From Eubacteriales bacterium (GTDB lineage: Bacteria > Bacillota > Clostridia > Oscillospirales > CAG-272): DNA of 37,891 nt. Positions within the stretch are counted from its first letter, which is position 1, and every line of letters begins with the position of its first letter. The position numbers and the translations under genes were made by a program. The stretch lies in NCBI GenBank assembly GCA_045120555.1, contig JBGVEZ010000138.1, positions 1 to 37,891 on the forward strand, given 5' to 3'. Shown in pieces: positions 35,453-37,891 of the stretch. The notes beneath the pieces were generated by a model. It searched no databases, was not told where the DNA came from, and worked only from the letters and a program-made list of their open reading frames with translations.

Positions 35453-35699
35453 TCTTCCCTCCTCTCGTAATCCTTACCGATATACGGCAGGCATCCGTCA
35501 GTCGAAGCGCAATTACGCTTCCACGAACAAGATATGCCTTCATGTCGCCGCATGGACTCTTCCCCACGCACCGAACGGGAGTATTCTCGGTAAAGCCCAT
35601 ATCAAAAAGCCTGCGCCTCATCCTGCCGACGTGTCCGTTCTCCCGTATCACAGCCCCCTCCCCAACACAAAGAAGATCGAGGGTGCAGCTCTCACTCAT
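35445..35699 (-). CDS. feoA: FeoA family protein
   Basis: MSESCTLDLL...RRRLFDMGFTENTPVRCVGKSPCGDMKAYLVRGSVIALR is a FeoA SH3-like domain. The start is set at ATG 35699 rather than the 126-aa ORF start. Confidence 0.8.
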   Translation of the reverse strand: MSESCTLDLLCVGEGAVIRENGHVGRMRRRLFDMGFTENTPVRCVGKSPCGDMKAYLVRGSVIALRLTDACRISVRITRGGKNA

Positions 35700-35834
35700 A
35701 ATATCACCGCCTGACTTTTTTGAATCATGTGCCGCGGCACAGAGGATCCTCATCTGCAGTTTATTCCACGCTTCGACAAAATGCCACAGCGCAGAATCTT
35801 TTTTGAAAATTTTCCGACAATTCAAAAAAAACTC

Positions 35835-35863
35835 TCAAAACGGCTATAGACATATGATATAAT
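35835..35863 (+). promoter_or_regulatory. Extended -10 promoter for dut (TGaTATAAT; poor -35)
   Basis: TATAAT is at 35858-35863 with TG at 35855-35856. The -35 region reads TCAAAA. Confidence 0.45.
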
Positions 35864-35895
35864 ATATAAAATAACTGTATAAGGATACCGTATCT

Positions 35896-36333
35896 ATGAA
35901 GGAAATTAAGATAAAGCTCACAAGAGGAGCACAAATTCCGAAATATGCCACAAACGGATCGGCAGCAGTCGATCTGTGCGCCATGATCGATTCTCCGATA
36001 ACTCTCGCCCCCGGAGAACGCGCGCTCATCCCCACCGGGATCGCCCTCTCAATACCCGATGGCTACGTCGGTATAGTTGCCGCTCGCTCGGGCCTTGCCT
36101 GCAAGAAGGGCATCTGCCTCTCAAACGGAATAGGCGTCATCGACTCGGACTACCGAGGCGAAATATCCGTCGGACTTTTCAACTCGTCAAAGGACGAATT
36201 TACCGTTGAACGCGGCGAAAGGATCGCCCAGCTTATGTTCGTGCCCGTAGAATCCGCAGTATTTGTCTCCACGGATTCCCTCGACGAAACCGAAAGAGGT
36301 GAGGGCGGCTTCGGCTCCACGGGCACAAAATAA
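35896..36333 (+). CDS. dut: dUTP diphosphatase
   Basis: GSAAVDLCA, ARSGLA, GVIDSDYRGEI and a C-terminal RGEGGFGSTG are the canonical dUTPase motifs. Confidence 0.93.
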   Translation: MKEIKIKLTRGAQIPKYATNGSAAVDLCAMIDSPITLAPGERALIPTGIALSIPDGYVGIVAARSGLACKKGICLSNGIGVIDSDYRGEISVGLFNSSKDEFTVERGERIAQLMFVPVESAVFVSTDSLDETERGEGGFGSTGTK

Positions 36334-36343
36334 GGATACCGCC

Positions 36344-37702
36344 ATGAATGAAATCTACCACAACACCCGTTCAGGGTATATAAAAATAACCGACGCCACC
36401 CTCCGACAGATCATCGCACGCGGACTTGCAAACGTATCAACTCCGTTCGCCGATATCGCACGCCTTGTCGAGGACTCGGGCGCGGATACTATTCTGCTTG
36501 AGGATCCCTCTGTATCTCCACTTTCCCTCAAATGCGCAAAAAGCGTTATATCAGCCGTCTCGCATGCATCCGTCTGCCTGTGCGTAAGTCCCAATTCCGA
36601 CAGCATAAAAAAGGCTGCCGCTCTCCTTTCCGGCTCCAAAAGAGCAAGAATAGCACTGTCGGCAAATAATCCGGACGAAACACTCATCCCCCTCATAAGG
36701 GAAGCGCAAGCCCTCTCTCTCGGCGTAACCGTCGCTTTCGGCGGCTATACATACGCATCCGATTATCTCTCCGAAAGAATAAACCGCTTCTCCGCACTCG
36801 GCGTCGATTCATTTATCGTCTTCTGTACAAACGGCAACGAGCTTCCAAATGAAATTTCAGAAGCATTTACGGAAATGCTCACCTCCGTAAACGACGTGGA
36901 TATTTCTATCGGCGCACTGTTCGATGACCGCAATAAGCTCGCATTGCCGAATTCTATTGCCGCTGTCAAGGCAGGCGCAACCGAAATAGTCTGTGCTGTC
37001 GGCGGCGTCGGCATCTGCTCAACCTATGACTTTTCCGCATTCCTCGAAAAAAGAAGAAATGCTATAGGCCTCTCCTGCCGAATAAATCCGCACGCACTCG
37101 AAAAGCTCTCCGAAATACTCCGCATCTCGGTCGGCGTCGATTCCCTCCCCCAAAGCATGGACGAAAGAACCGGCTCCCCAAAGATCAGTAACCGCCCCGC
37201 GTTGGCAAGACGCGCAGTCTACCTCGGATATGATCTCGACGATAAAACACTCAACGCCGCGTACGCCAAGGTCCGCGAGCTGTCGAACCGTAAGGAGATC
37301 ATCCACGATACCGACCTCCGCGCAATAATCTACGGGGTCACAAGCGGCGGCAGATATACCCTCGATTCCTACCAGCTCCAGTGCGGCAGCGGCATCCTCT
37401 CGGTCGCCGCAGTTAAAATCAAGGATAACGAAACGGGTAAGGTCCTCTGCGGAAGCGCAGTGGGCGAGCTCGGCGCCGTCGGTGCAGCCGTCTCCGCCCT
37501 CACCTCAAATGACCTCTTCCCGAACGTCAAGATCCTCTCGCATTCATCCCAATCCATCGGTAGCGGCCCCGATGCCGTCGTCGGCGCAAAGGTGACCGTC
37601 ACAGTAAACGATAAAACCGTCACCGGTCGTGCATTCTCCTACGATACCGTCACAGCGGCGATTAAGGCGTTTTTGGCGGGGGTTAATGGGGCTGAACAAT
37701 AA
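36344..37702 (+). CDS. 2-isopropylmalate synthase/homocitrate synthase-like protein with degenerate active site (LeuA-like pseudoenzyme candidate)
   Basis: A DRE-TIM-like N-domain and a LeuA-dimer-like C-domain are recognisable (LGYDLDDKTLNAAYAKVRELSNRKEI; ...TGRAFSYDTVTAAIKAFLAGVN). The catalytic motifs are replaced: ITDATLRQ instead of DTTLRDGEQ, and ALFDDRN instead of HxHNDxG. The start is set at ATG 36344. Confidence 0.65.
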   Translation: MNEIYHNTRSGYIKITDATLRQIIARGLANVSTPFADIARLVEDSGADTILLEDPSVSPLSLKCAKSVISAVSHASVCLCVSPNSDSIKKAAALLSGSKRARIALSANNPDETLIPLIREAQALSLGVTVAFGGYTYASDYLSERINRFSALGVDSFIVFCTNGNELPNEISEAFTEMLTSVNDVDISIGALFDDRNKLALPNSIAAVKAGATEIVCAVGGVGICSTYDFSAFLEKRRNAIGLSCRINPHALEKLSEILRISVGVDSLPQSMDERTGSPKISNRPALARRAVYLGYDLDDKTLNAAYAKVRELSNRKEIIHDTDLRAIIYGVTSGGRYTLDSYQLQCGSGILSVAAVKIKDNETGKVLCGSAVGELGAVGAAVSALTSNDLFPNVKILSHSSQSIGSGPDAVVGAKVTVTVNDKTVTGRAFSYDTVTAAIKAFLAGVNGAEQ

Positions 37703-37710
37703 AAATATGC

Positions 37711-37752
37711 CCCCTTAATGCTCTCCCTGAATTTTGGGAAGCATTAAGGGGA
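37711..37752 (+). terminator. Hairpin after the leuA-like gene (possible terminator, weak T-tract)
   Basis: CCCCTTAATGC (37711-37721) pairs with GCATTAAGGGG (37741-37751), followed by ATCTTATATT. Confidence 0.45.
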
Positions 37753-37891
37753 TCTTATATTCAAATATCACAAACCCCTAATATCATTATAATAGAATTT
37801 TCGCAAGATTTTGAATTGATGAATTGAAAAAACGCATATTGAATCGAAGCTGTAACACATTTTGATGTATCTACCGCCGCAGAAATCAGCA

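Noticed and set aside
1-37891. A search for CRISPR arrays, rRNA/tRNA genes, IS elements with terminal inverted repeats, or recognisable defence-system genes.
   Set aside because: None was seen. The only tRNA-like sequence is the tmRNA acceptor/T-arm. No regularly spaced repeats occur, and no transposase- or nuclease/ATPase-type accessory genes lie outside the recombinase module.

Overview
The window is a bacterial chromosomal segment, most likely from an anaerobic Firmicutes/Clostridia-type organism. This is inferred from the LtaS-family gene, the TGnTATAAT extended -10 promoters, GGAGG ribosome-binding sites and the Hdr/Flx redox genes. All coordinates were hand-counted, so hairpin and promoter positions may be off by 1-2 nt.

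Content from left to right:
1. The right-hand end of an integrated mobile element: a partial upstream gene, about 350 nt of non-coding DNA, a 56-aa coupled small ORF and a large serine recombinase. It abuts the 3' CCA end of the tmRNA gene (ssrA). The recombinase ORF has no stop until it has read through a terminator hairpin and 136 nt of antisense ssrA.
2. smpB, a GH39-like hydrolase and ssrA on the minus strand, with divergent dus and a histidine phosphatase.
3. An isolated fnlABC/capEFG-type UDP-L-FucNAc operon.
4. The main item. A minus-strand block (10294-21973) contains fumC, a nine-gene translationally coupled hdrB-hdrC-hdrA-mvhD/flxD-flxC-flxB-flxA-like operon fused to frdB/frdA-like genes, and an AAE-family (SucE/AspT-type) transporter. 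I interpret this as a candidate soluble, electron-bifurcating NADH:fumarate/ferredoxin oxidoreductase with substrate supply and product export.
5. A TPP riboswitch with thiT, an LtaS-family enzyme, and a sugar-phosphate isomerase / PHP / GDPD / FAD-oxidoreductase / flippase envelope-carbohydrate neighbourhood.
6. rplS, feoAB, dut and a LeuA-like protein that has lost the catalytic metal and substrate motifs.

No rRNA, tRNA or CRISPR array was seen. The many long ORFs antisense to the strong genes are treated as shadow ORFs.
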